Source: an uncultured delta proteobacterium
GTDB lineage: Bacteria > Myxococcota > UBA727 > VGSZ01
Assembly: GCA_963775425.1 (NCBI GenBank)
Contig: CAVZJB010000013.1
Span: forward strand, 160,001 to 224,000
Reading direction: 5' to 3'
DNA: 64,000 nt
Shown here: positions 40,385-51,918 of the stretch, piece after piece
How positions within the stretch are numbered: the stretch's first letter is position 1
Layout of the letters: each line of letters starts with the position of its first letter
The notes under the pieces: generated by a model
What the model saw: the letters and a program-made list of their open reading frames with translations, nothing else
What the model was told of the DNA's origin: nothing
Database searches by the model: none
Position numbers and translations under genes: made by a program

Positions 40385-41692
40385 TTATGGGAACAATTCG
40401 GACAGCGGGCCGCCGTTGGGGCGGGCGACGTAGACGCCGACGAGGCACATCTCGTCCTGCGTGCCCTCGCCCCACACGACGTCGGTGCTGCGCCCCATGG
40501 TGTCGTAGGTGCACGCGATGTCGATGACGTCGGAGGCGCGCACGCGCACGGGCTGGTCGTAGAGGAACAGCTCCTGCCAGTGGAAGTCCCAGCGCCAGAC
40601 GTCGGCCATGCAGAAGTCGTCCTCGGGCTTGTCGTCGTTGAGGGGGTGCACGGAGAAGCGCAGGGTCTGCCCGAGCTGGTGCATGTGGGGGAAGACGCCG
40701 TAGATGTCGATGTCGTCGGTCATGCCCGCGAGCGCGTAGCTGAACTCGAACTTGCCGCTCCTCTGCCCGGGCGGGACGTCGAGGTCGGTGTCGGCGATGA
40801 GGGCGATGGCCGCCTCCTTCTCCACCGTGGGCTGGGTGCGCAGCTTGAGCCCGGTGACGTCGGGGACGGGCGCGCCGGCGAGGAGGTTGTAATGGATCTG
40901 CATGACGAGCTTGCGCCCGCCCTTGACGAAGAGGCCGGTGCCCTTGGGGTACTCGACGACGTTCTTGCCCGGGGCCCAGCCCGCGAGGAAGTTGACGTTG
41001 CCGTCGGCGAAGTTGGCGAAGCAGGTGAAGCCCGGGCCGGGATCGGAGTCATCGAGGTCCTGCGCGGCCTGTTCGGTCTGCTGGTCGAGCGTGCCCACGA
41101 TGATCATGTGGTGCACCTCCTGCGGCTGCCCCGGCAGGATCTCGAAGCCGGTGACGTAGCCGTCCTCCTCGGGGCCGTCGACGAGGAAGCAGCGGTAGTC
41201 GTCGTTCGGGTGCTCGGCGTCGCCGTGGGGCAGGTACTCCTCGGACATCTCCACGAAGACGTTGGCGTCCTCGAGGCTTGGCACGGTGGGCAGCGCGGGC
41301 GGCGGGCCGACGTCGTCTCCCTCGGGGGCGCCGGCGTCGGCCCAGTCCTGGAAGGTCTGGATCTGATCGTCGGTGAGCCAGCGGCCGTTTTCGAAGGTGC
41401 GGCAGGTGCCGGACGCGTCGATGTTGGACGGCGGCATGAGGCGAGAGCTGACGGCGAAGGCGATCTCCTGCGCGTGCGCCTGGGCGTCGGCGTAGCTCAC
41501 CAGCGGGAACGGCGCGATGCCGCCGTCCTGGTGGCACTGCGCGCAGCTCGTCGCGATCATCGGCGCGATGTCCTGGTGGTACGTCGGGCCCTGCGCCTGC
41601 GGGCACGCCGCGGCGACGAAGGCGACCGCGGCGAGCGGGGCCAGGAGCGCCAGCGGCAACGCGGACGCGACGGTGAAGACACGCTTGGACAT
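40385..41692 (-). CDS. Copper type II ascorbate-dependent monooxygenase-like lipoprotein with c-type heme motif
   Basis: CAQCH; VHHMI (CuH), QIHY, PHMH (CuM), DEMC; lipobox VAAAC. Confidence 0.85.
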   Translation of the reverse strand: MSKRVFTVASALPLALLAPLAAVAFVAAACPQAQGPTYHQDIAPMIATSCAQCHQDGGIAPFPLVSYADAQAHAQEIAFAVSSRLMPPSNIDASGTCRTFENGRWLTDDQIQTFQDWADAGAPEGDDVGPPPALPTVPSLEDANVFVEMSEEYLPHGDAEHPNDDYRCFLVDGPEEDGYVTGFEILPGQPQEVHHMIIVGTLDQQTEQAAQDLDDSDPGPGFTCFANFADGNVNFLAGWAPGKNVVEYPKGTGLFVKGGRKLVMQIHYNLLAGAPVPDVTGLKLRTQPTVEKEAAIALIADTDLDVPPGQRSGKFEFSYALAGMTDDIDIYGVFPHMHQLGQTLRFSVHPLNDDKPEDDFCMADVWRWDFHWQELFLYDQPVRVRASDVIDIACTYDTMGRSTDVVWGEGTQDEMCLVGVYVARPNGGPLSELFP

Positions 41693-41818
41693 GGCCTCTC
41701 ATGCCGCGGTGCGCCGCGCGTCGCAATGCAGTTCGGGCGGATTCCCCCATCGTCAACGGCCGTGTGGTCTCGTGTAGCCGCATGTAGGACGCGCGCGAAT
41801 TTGGCTTAGGATGCCCGC

Positions 41819-43127
41819 GTGCTCGCGCTCCTCGCGCTCCTCGCCGCCGCCCCCCGACGCGCCCGCCGACGCGCCGGCGGACGCCCCCGCGGACGACGCG
41901 CCCGCCGACGACGCGCCCGCCGACGACGCGCCCGCCGACGACGCGCCCGGGGCGTTTTCCTTCGCGGCGGTGCCGACGGCGACGTTCGACACCGACGAGG
42001 GCTTCGGCACCGGCGGCGTCGTCACGCTCTACCACCACACGGTCTTCGCCGACGGCAGCGAGGTGAAGCCGTACCGGGACGCCGTCACCTTCAACCTCTT
42101 CATCTCGTCGAAGCTGGTGCAGCACCACGCCATCACGTGGGACGCCGTGAAGCCCTTCGACATCGACGGCCGCGCCTACGCGCGCCTCGGCTACTACTCC
42201 ACCGTCTCGGAGAACTACTGCGGCGTCGGCAACGACGTCACCTGCGCGCCCGGCGAGGCCGAGGCCCACGCCGACCTCCTCGGGCTCGACCCCGGCTCCG
42301 TCGCCCGCGACGACTTCGTCCGCCACTACTACCTGATGCGCTTCATCCGGCCGTACGCCACGGCCATCGTGCGCCCGTGGCTGCGTGACAAGCCATATCG
42401 CACCGAGCTCTTGTTCGGCTGGCGCGGCGCGCTCACCGTCCCCGGCGACCTCGGCGACAAGGGCCCCTACCCGGGCAGCCTGTTCGCCCTCGATCACCCC
42501 GGCGGCGAGGCGGGCTTTTCGAGCGTGCCCTTCGCCGGCGTCATCGTCGACGACCGCGACGACGAGGTGTTCCCCACGCGCGGCATCTACGCCGAGGGCA
42601 GCGTGCGCGCCTCGAGCCCCTTTTGGGGCTCGTCGTGGACGTGGGCGGGCGCCGACCTGCAATTGCGCTCGTTCTTCGAGCTCATGCACGCGCCCGAGGT
42701 GGTGCTCGCCACGCGCGTGCTCGGCGACGTCATCGCCGGCGACCCGTCCGTCGAGGACATGGCCCGCGTCGGCGGCACCGAGGACGCCATCGCCTTCGGC
42801 GGAAACCGCATCGGCCGCGGCGTGCGCGAGCAGCGCTACCTCGGGCGGCTCAAGGGCATCGCGCAGGCGGAGCTGCGGGCCAAGCTCTTCGACACGCTCC
42901 TGTTCGGGCAGCGCTTCAACCACGGCGTGGCCGTGTTCTCCGACGTCGGCTGGATCGGCCGGAGCTTCGAAGACCTCGGCGCGCACCCGCTGAAGCTCCT
43001 GTCGGGCGTGGGCATCTCGTATCGGCTGCTGTGGAACGAAGCGTTCTCCATCCGCGCCGATCTCGCCGTCTCCCCCGATGAAGCCGAGGGCCCCGGCTTC
43101 TACGTCATCGTCGGCCAGGTCTTCTGA
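41819..43127 (+). pseudogene. Omp85/BamA-TamA-family outer membrane protein, frameshifted near the 5' end
   Basis: VPTATFDTDEGFG.G, DDRDDEVFPTRG, RG...RY.G...AELR, F.DVG, terminal VGQVF; signal peptide in frame 41819, body in frame 41811, joined at C6 run 41850-41855. Confidence 0.7.
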
Positions 43128-43159
43128 GGCGGATGGATCGTGCTACTCGTGTTGCCTGA

Positions 43160-43732
43160 GTGGTCCCCGACGCACTTCAGGCCTTCATCGAGTCGCTGCG
43201 CGGCGAGCCGCTGTTGCCGCTCCTGCTGCCCGTGGTCTACGTCGTGTGGGGCGCGCTCTTTCTGCCGGTGTGGCTGCTCATCCTGCAGACCGGGCTGCTG
43301 ATCGATCCGCCGCTGTCGTCCGTCGTCGCCCTCGGCGGCGCCACGCTGTCGGCGCTCGCGTTCTACGGCGTCGGCCGCCTCGCGAGCGGCCCCATCCGCC
43401 GCCGCTTCGGCGCGCACAAGACCATGAAGGCCATCGAGGGCGCGGGCATCGAGCACGTGATCGCGCTGCGCGTGCTGCCGGTGTTGCCCTTCACGCTCGT
43501 CAACGTCGCCGCGGGCGCGCTCGGCGTGCGCTTCACGACGTACGCGGGCGGCACGGTGGCGGGGATGGCGCCGGGCGTCATCGCCGTCACCTTCCTCGGC
43601 GATCGCGCACGCGCGGTGTTCGTGCACCCGACACCGTCGTCGGTGGCGCTGCTCGTCGGCGCCGCCGCCGCGTTCCTCGCCGTCGCCACGGTGATGCGCC
43701 GGGTGGCGCGAAGGCTCCGGAGCGCCCCGTAG
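43160..43732 (+). CDS. TVP38/TMEM64 (VTT/DedA-like) membrane protein
   Basis: LRVLPVLPFTLVNVAAG..GVRF..Y..GT..GMAPG motif. Confidence 0.88.
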   Translation: MVPDALQAFIESLRGEPLLPLLLPVVYVVWGALFLPVWLLILQTGLLIDPPLSSVVALGGATLSALAFYGVGRLASGPIRRRFGAHKTMKAIEGAGIEHVIALRVLPVLPFTLVNVAAGALGVRFTTYAGGTVAGMAPGVIAVTFLGDRARAVFVHPTPSSVALLVGAAAAFLAVATVMRRVARRLRSAP

Positions 43733-43753
43733 GGCGCGGGGCTCGTCCCCCGC
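43729..43753 (+). repeat. Single GTAG REP copy
   Basis: GTAGGGCGCGGGGCTCGTCCCCCGC, a variant of the 20.1-20.6 kb REP; its TAG is the stop of the VTT gene. Confidence 0.7.
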
Positions 43754-43771
43754 TTCCACCGCTGCGGTGGG

Positions 43772-44403
43772 TCAGACCCCGAAGCGCGCCGTGACCACGG
43801 CGGTCCAGTCGTTCAAGAAGTCGTCGCTGGCGAGGTGCATGCGCAGCTCGCGCGGGCGCCCCTTGGAGAAGCGCACCGCCGCCGCGCCCACCCAATCGTC
43901 GCTCGTCACCCGCGACTCGAGGGGCATGCCGTCGACGATGACGCGGGCGCGCTCCGGGCGCCGCCACGCCGCCGGGTCCGTGCCGATCTCGCGCAGCGTG
44001 CGCGCGTCGTCGCCGCGCTCGACGCTCGCCAGCGTGAGCTCGCCCGCGCGCTCGAGCGCGCCGAACACGCGCGACGCGCCGTCCCCGCCGTCGTCCTCCA
44101 CCGCGGCGGCCACCAGCACCACGTCGGCGCCGCGGGGCACCGCCCGCGCCCGCGGGGGCACGCGCACGATCGCGGACGGCGCCACCAACGGGTAGCGCTC
44201 GTGCGGGACGCGCACGCCGAAGACGCCACGAAACGCCGGCACGGGCGTGTCGTCGGGGAACACGGCGTAGCCGGCGACGACGATGACCGGCTCGGGCGCG
44301 CCGCGGAACATGCCGTCGTAGCCGCTCGCCACCTCGAAGCGCACGAGCTCGACCTCGAGCGAACGCGGCCGGTGCTCGAGCGGCGGCGCCCGCCTGACGG
44401 GTT

Positions 44404-44407
<4 letters not shown>
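43772..44407 (-). CDS. Hypothetical protein
   Basis: 211 aa, ATGA overlap with kinase-cyclase stop, codon bias. Confidence 0.65.
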
Positions 44408-47424
<3,017 letters not shown>

Positions 47425-47555
47425 CGCGTCGAGATATACCCCATGCGCGGCATCGGTGATTCGTGTGCGCCGACGTCCCCCTCCGGCCGACCGTCGCGGT
47501 TTTCGCCGTCGTCGTTGGCACCCGGCCCTCCTGCGGCTATCGTCCGGCCTCGCGT

Positions 47556-49148
47556 ATGGCCGACAACGAGATCGACGCAGGCGTGCTCGAGGAGCTCCTC
47601 CAGGCGCTCCTGGAGGTGGCCGCGCGCAAAGACGCCCTCCGCTCGTGGCCCAAAGACCTGGCCCCCGAGAACGATCCGCCCGTCCAGGCCCGCCGGGACG
47701 ACGACGGCACCCTCGGCGTCTTCCGCTTCTTCACCATCATGGAGCCCACCGGCTCCATCGTCCTCGACCCCGTCCGCGACATGACGCCCGAGGAGGCGCG
47801 CGCCCGCATCGAGGGCGTCGACAAGATCAAGGCCGGCGACGAGGTCGGCGTCGAGCTCCCGCTCGGCAGGCTCGCCGCCGTCGCCCTCGCCGACGTCGAG
47901 GCCGTCCGCGCCGGCCGCACCCACCTGTTGCCCGCCCGCATCGTCGAGATGCTCGGGGACCCCGCCCTCGCCGGCGCCGTGTCCGCTCGCCTCTCCGCGC
48001 TGCGCGGCCCGCCGCCGCACGTCCCGCTGCGCAGGCTCGTCACCGACTTCGGCGGCGACGCCGTCGAGTGGACCGCCGTCTGCGGCGACGGCGACGACGA
48101 CGCCCGCGGCGAGCTGGTCGTGCTCGTCGAGCGCGGCGACGAGCACAAGCTCGTCGTCGTCCCCACCGCCACCTCGGCGGCCGGCCACGCGGCCCTCTTG
48201 CGCGCGCTCGCGCCGCTCCCCGACGACGAGAGCCTGTGGCGCTTCCTCGAGGTCGAGGGCCCCGCGCTCCTGTGCGGCGGCGCCGGCTCGCTGTGGTCCG
48301 ACGACGCCGGCAAGGCCCGCGACGAGGGCGACGGCGTCGTCGGCGCGCGCCGGCTCTCGCTCGAGGTGAAGTCCATCGCCGTCGCCCGCGATCCCACGGT
48401 GTACGGCGTGGCGCGCGCGCGCGCCCGGCTCTTGACGTGGGCGGGCGACAAGATCGTCGACGAGCAGGAGGAGGTCATCGGGCTCCCCGTCGACCTGCCG
48501 CGCTTCGTCGACCAGGCCTGGCCAAGCGGCGACGCCCTCGCCCGCGTGCAGGACGCGGCCGGGCGGTTCCGCGCAGAGCTGCAGGCGCGGCTGTCGGCGC
48601 TCCTCGACGCCCGCCGGCCCACCGTCGAGGACGTGCTCGGCGGCGCCGCCATCCTGCGCGTGCTCGCGCGCGCCGCCGAGGGCGTCGTCGACCTCCCCGA
48701 GGGCGGCGCGGAGCCGCCGCAGTTGCGCGAGGTGGAGGGCGGGCCCGAGGACGAGATCGGCCTGCGCCTCGCCGACGTCGGCGTGCTCGTGCTCTCCCCC
48801 GCCGACGACGTCGTCAAGCTGCGCACCGGCGACGAAGATCGCGCGCTCTACGTCGGCGGCGGCATCGTCGACGGCGACGACGCCGCGTGGCGCGCGTGCG
48901 CCCGGATGCTGGCGCGCGCCGTGGAAGAGGCGAGCCTCGACGTCGAGCTGGCGTTCCCCTCCGAGGAGGGCGGTGACGACGTCGAGACCATGCTGTTGTC
49001 GGCGTGGCTGATGTCGCTCGCCCGCCACGAGCCCCTGCGCTGGCCGCCGCGCGCCGACGGCGCCGCGTGCGCCGCCGCGCTCCACCTCGTCGTCGATCGC
49101 TTCGTGGATGGAGGACCCGGGCTCGCCGGCGAAGGCGGCGAGCGATGA
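47556..49148 (+). CDS. Protein with NusA N-terminal-like domain plus unknown C-terminal region
   Basis: DDGTLGVFRFFTIME...DPVRDMTPEEARAR....IKAGDEVGVELPLGRLAA resembles NusA NTD; no S1/KH domains. Confidence 0.55.
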   Translation: MADNEIDAGVLEELLQALLEVAARKDALRSWPKDLAPENDPPVQARRDDDGTLGVFRFFTIMEPTGSIVLDPVRDMTPEEARARIEGVDKIKAGDEVGVELPLGRLAAVALADVEAVRAGRTHLLPARIVEMLGDPALAGAVSARLSALRGPPPHVPLRRLVTDFGGDAVEWTAVCGDGDDDARGELVVLVERGDEHKLVVVPTATSAAGHAALLRALAPLPDDESLWRFLEVEGPALLCGGAGSLWSDDAGKARDEGDGVVGARRLSLEVKSIAVARDPTVYGVARARARLLTWAGDKIVDEQEEVIGLPVDLPRFVDQAWPSGDALARVQDAAGRFRAELQARLSALLDARRPTVEDVLGGAAILRVLARAAEGVVDLPEGGAEPPQLREVEGGPEDEIGLRLADVGVLVLSPADDVVKLRTGDEDRALYVGGGIVDGDDAAWRACARMLARAVEEASLDVELAFPSEEGGDDVETMLLSAWLMSLARHEPLRWPPRADGAACAAALHLVVDRFVDGGPGLAGEGGER

Positions 49149-50470
49149 CGGCCACCGCCCAGGGCGACGGCAAGGGCAAGGGGCGCGAGCGGCGGCGCTT
49201 TCCCCGGCGCGACGTCGAGATCGCGGTGTTCCTGCGCCGAAAGACCGGCGACGTCCGCCTGACGACCTGTGACGTGAGCCGCCACGGCGCCTTCCTGCGC
49301 ACCGAGCAGGCGCTGCCGCTGCGCCAGCTCGTGCAACTGCGCTTCCGCCTGCCCGACGGCGAGATCGACGCGATGTGCATGGTGGCGCGCTGGCTCGACG
49401 CCGATCACCCGCGCGGCCCCGGCGTCGGCGTGGACTTCTTCGCGCTGTCGAAGGACGCGAAGAACGCGTGGGAGCGCTTCCTCCACGAGCTGCGGGAGCG
49501 CGACGCCGCGCAGGGCTTCGACGTCGCGCACACGCCGACGGGGACGGTGGCGCTGCCGCCGAACGTGGGCGTCCCGCTGCCCGAGGCGCGCCCGGCGGCG
49601 CCGGCGACGACGCCCGCCGCGCAGCTCGCGCTCGCGCAGCGGGCGAGCGGCGCTGCGCCGACCATCCCGCCGGTGCCCAAGGACGACGATCCGGCCGACT
49701 GGATGGCGCCGAGCTCCCTCGACCCGAACGCGCGGCGCCGCGCCTCCACGCCGCCCAAGCCGGCGGTCACGGCGCCGACGCCGGTGCCGGCGGTGTTCTC
49801 GCGCGCGCAGCCGCCGCCGCCTCCCGACGACGACAGCCGCCTCGAGCCGAGCATGTTGATGCTGCGGCTGCCGGACCAGGCGGGGGTGGAAGCGTTCATC
49901 GAAAACGAGATCGAGCGCGGCGGCATGTTCCTCAAGACGCTCCTGATGAAGGAGGTGGGACAGAAGGTGGAGGTGGTGCTCGTGCACCCCGACACCGACG
50001 AGGAGTTCCACCTGCCGGGCACCGTCGTGCGCCGCGTGATGACGGGCCCGGCGGAAAGCCGCGGCCTCGGCATCTTCTTCCGCGCGTTGCCGCCCGAGGC
50101 GCACGAACGCCTGCGCGCCTTCGCCGAGAGCGGCGTGGAGGTCGTGGAGCTCGGCACGCCCATCACCCCGCGCCAGGTGGAGCTCGAGGCCGCGGTGGCG
50201 CGCGAGCCCGACAGCGCGGAGGCGCTCGAGGCGCTCGGCTCGTACCTCCTCGACGAGGAGGGCGACCTCGGCGGCGCGCTCACGGCGCTCACCCGGGCGC
50301 TGGTGCTCGGCCCGAGCCAGGTGTCGATCCACGCGTCGCTGGCGCGGGCCTACAGAAAGATCGGCGACGCCGTGAAGGAGCGCGCCCACGAGCGCGTCGC
50401 CGAGGCCCTGATGCTCCACCAGGACCGCCTCAAGGTGCGCCTGGGCGTCGGCGCCCTCGACGACCTCTGA
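49145..50470 (+). CDS. Tandem PilZ-domain protein with C-terminal TPR
   Basis: ERRRFPR...DVSRHGAFL...GVGVDF; second degenerate PilZ GGMFL...GLGIFF; TPR helices. Confidence 0.85.
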   Translation: MTATAQGDGKGKGRERRRFPRRDVEIAVFLRRKTGDVRLTTCDVSRHGAFLRTEQALPLRQLVQLRFRLPDGEIDAMCMVARWLDADHPRGPGVGVDFFALSKDAKNAWERFLHELRERDAAQGFDVAHTPTGTVALPPNVGVPLPEARPAAPATTPAAQLALAQRASGAAPTIPPVPKDDDPADWMAPSSLDPNARRRASTPPKPAVTAPTPVPAVFSRAQPPPPPDDDSRLEPSMLMLRLPDQAGVEAFIENEIERGGMFLKTLLMKEVGQKVEVVLVHPDTDEEFHLPGTVVRRVMTGPAESRGLGIFFRALPPEAHERLRAFAESGVEVVELGTPITPRQVELEAAVAREPDSAEALEALGSYLLDEEGDLGGALTALTRALVLGPSQVSIHASLARAYRKIGDAVKERAHERVAEALMLHQDRLKVRLGVGALDDL

Positions 50471-50573
50471 TACGTCGCGCGCCGCGAAGCCGCCGGCGGC
50501 GCGTGCGGAACCCGGGGCGCGCATGCGAACGTCGTGGCGCGCGCCCGCGTGGCGCGCGAAAGGAGGCTCGCGG

Positions 50574-51800
50574 ATGACCACCCTGCTGTACCACCGCGAT
50601 CCGTTGCTGCTGTCGTTCGACGCCACCGTCGTCGCCGTCGACGGTGACGGCGTGATCCTCGACGAGACCGCCTTCTACCCCGAGGCCGGCGGCCAGATGG
50701 CCGACCGCGGCGCGCTCGTCGTCGGCGGGCGCCGCCTCGCCGTCGTCGACGTGCAGGTCGACGACGACGGCACGGTGCGCCACGCGCTCGAAGCCGTCCC
50801 CCTCGAAGGCCTCGAGGCCGGTGCCCGGGTCCACGGCGAGATCGATCGCGCGCGGCGCCGCCAGTTCATGGCGCTCCACACCGCGCAGCACATGCTCTCG
50901 CGCGCGCTCATCGAGGAGGCGAACGCCGAGACCGTGAGCGCGCGCCTCGGGGAGAGCGTGTGCACCGTCGACGTCGACGTGGCGGCGCTGTCGGAGGCCG
51001 CGCTCGCCAAGGCGGAGGCGCTCGTGAACAGCGTCGTCGACGACGACGTCGCCGTCCGCGCGTGGTTCCCGAGCGAGGACGAGCTGCGCGCGCTGCCGCT
51101 GCGGCGGCGACCCAAGGTGGCGGAGAACATCCGCGTCGTCGCCATCGGCGCCCCCGACGACCCGACCGCCCCCCTCGACCCCGCGCAGGCGTTCGACCTC
51201 TCGCCCTGCGGCGGCACGCACTGTCTGCGCACGGCCCAGATCGGCCTCGTGCGCGTCGTCGGCCTCGAGCGCTACAAGGGCAAGATGCGCGTGAGCTTCC
51301 AGGCCGGGCCCCGCGCGCGCGCCGAGGTCTTCGAGCGCGCGCGCGTGCTCGAGGGCCTCGCGCACGAGCTCTCGTCGTCGCCGACCGACGTCCCCGCCGC
51401 CCTGGAGCGCCTGCGCGCGCAGGTGAAGGCCGCGCGCGACGACCGCTCCACCGTCGTCGACAGGCTCGCCGCCGTCGTCGCCGCCGAGCTCGCCGCCGCG
51501 GGGCAAGCCGCCGCGCCTCGTCGCGCGGCCGTGGTCGACGGCGACGTCGAGCTCTTGCGCGCCGTGTCCGCGCGCCTCGCGGGCCACCACGAGGTCGACG
51601 CGCTCCTCGCCTGCCCGAGCGCCGACGGGCTCCACGTGCTCCTCATGCGCGCGCCGTCGTCGACGCTCGACTGCGGCGCGCTCTTGAAGAAGATCGCGAG
51701 CGCCGCCGGCGGCAAGGGCGGCGGCAGGCCCGAGCGCGCCGAGGGGCGCGTCCCCGCCGGCGCCGACTTCGTCGCCCTGGTGGACGCCGCGCTGTCGTGA
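50574..51800 (+). CDS. Alanyl-tRNA editing protein (AlaX-L, with DHHA1)
   Basis: TAFYPEAGGQMADRG, HTAQH, CGGTH, GGKGGG. Confidence 0.92.
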   Translation: MTTLLYHRDPLLLSFDATVVAVDGDGVILDETAFYPEAGGQMADRGALVVGGRRLAVVDVQVDDDGTVRHALEAVPLEGLEAGARVHGEIDRARRRQFMALHTAQHMLSRALIEEANAETVSARLGESVCTVDVDVAALSEAALAKAEALVNSVVDDDVAVRAWFPSEDELRALPLRRRPKVAENIRVVAIGAPDDPTAPLDPAQAFDLSPCGGTHCLRTAQIGLVRVVGLERYKGKMRVSFQAGPRARAEVFERARVLEGLAHELSSSPTDVPAALERLRAQVKAARDDRSTVVDRLAAVVAAELAAAGQAAAPRRAAVVDGDVELLRAVSARLAGHHEVDALLACPSADGLHVLLMRAPSSTLDCGALLKKIASAAGGKGGGRPERAEGRVPAGADFVALVDAALS

Positions 51801-51804
51801 CGCG

Positions 51805-51918
51805 CTAGCCGTAGCGGACGAGCGCCGACTCGATGAGGGCGCGGACGAGCTCGTCTTCGCCGAGCACCTGATCGAGGTACGCGACCGAGCCCGGCGGCAG
51901 CGGGCCGACGGGGCTCAC
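51805..51918 (-). CDS. Small protein (37 aa) translationally coupled to the pseudokinase-FGE gene
   Basis: GTGA overlap at 51915-51918; VSPVGPLPPGSVAYLDQVLGEDELVRALIESALVRYG*; nearly all codons end in G/C. Confidence 0.45.
   Translation of the reverse strand: MSPVGPLPPGSVAYLDQVLGEDELVRALIESALVRYG

Noticed and set aside
47556-49148. Canonical nusA
   Set aside because: No S1/KH domains and no rimP/infB context, so no gene symbol was assigned.
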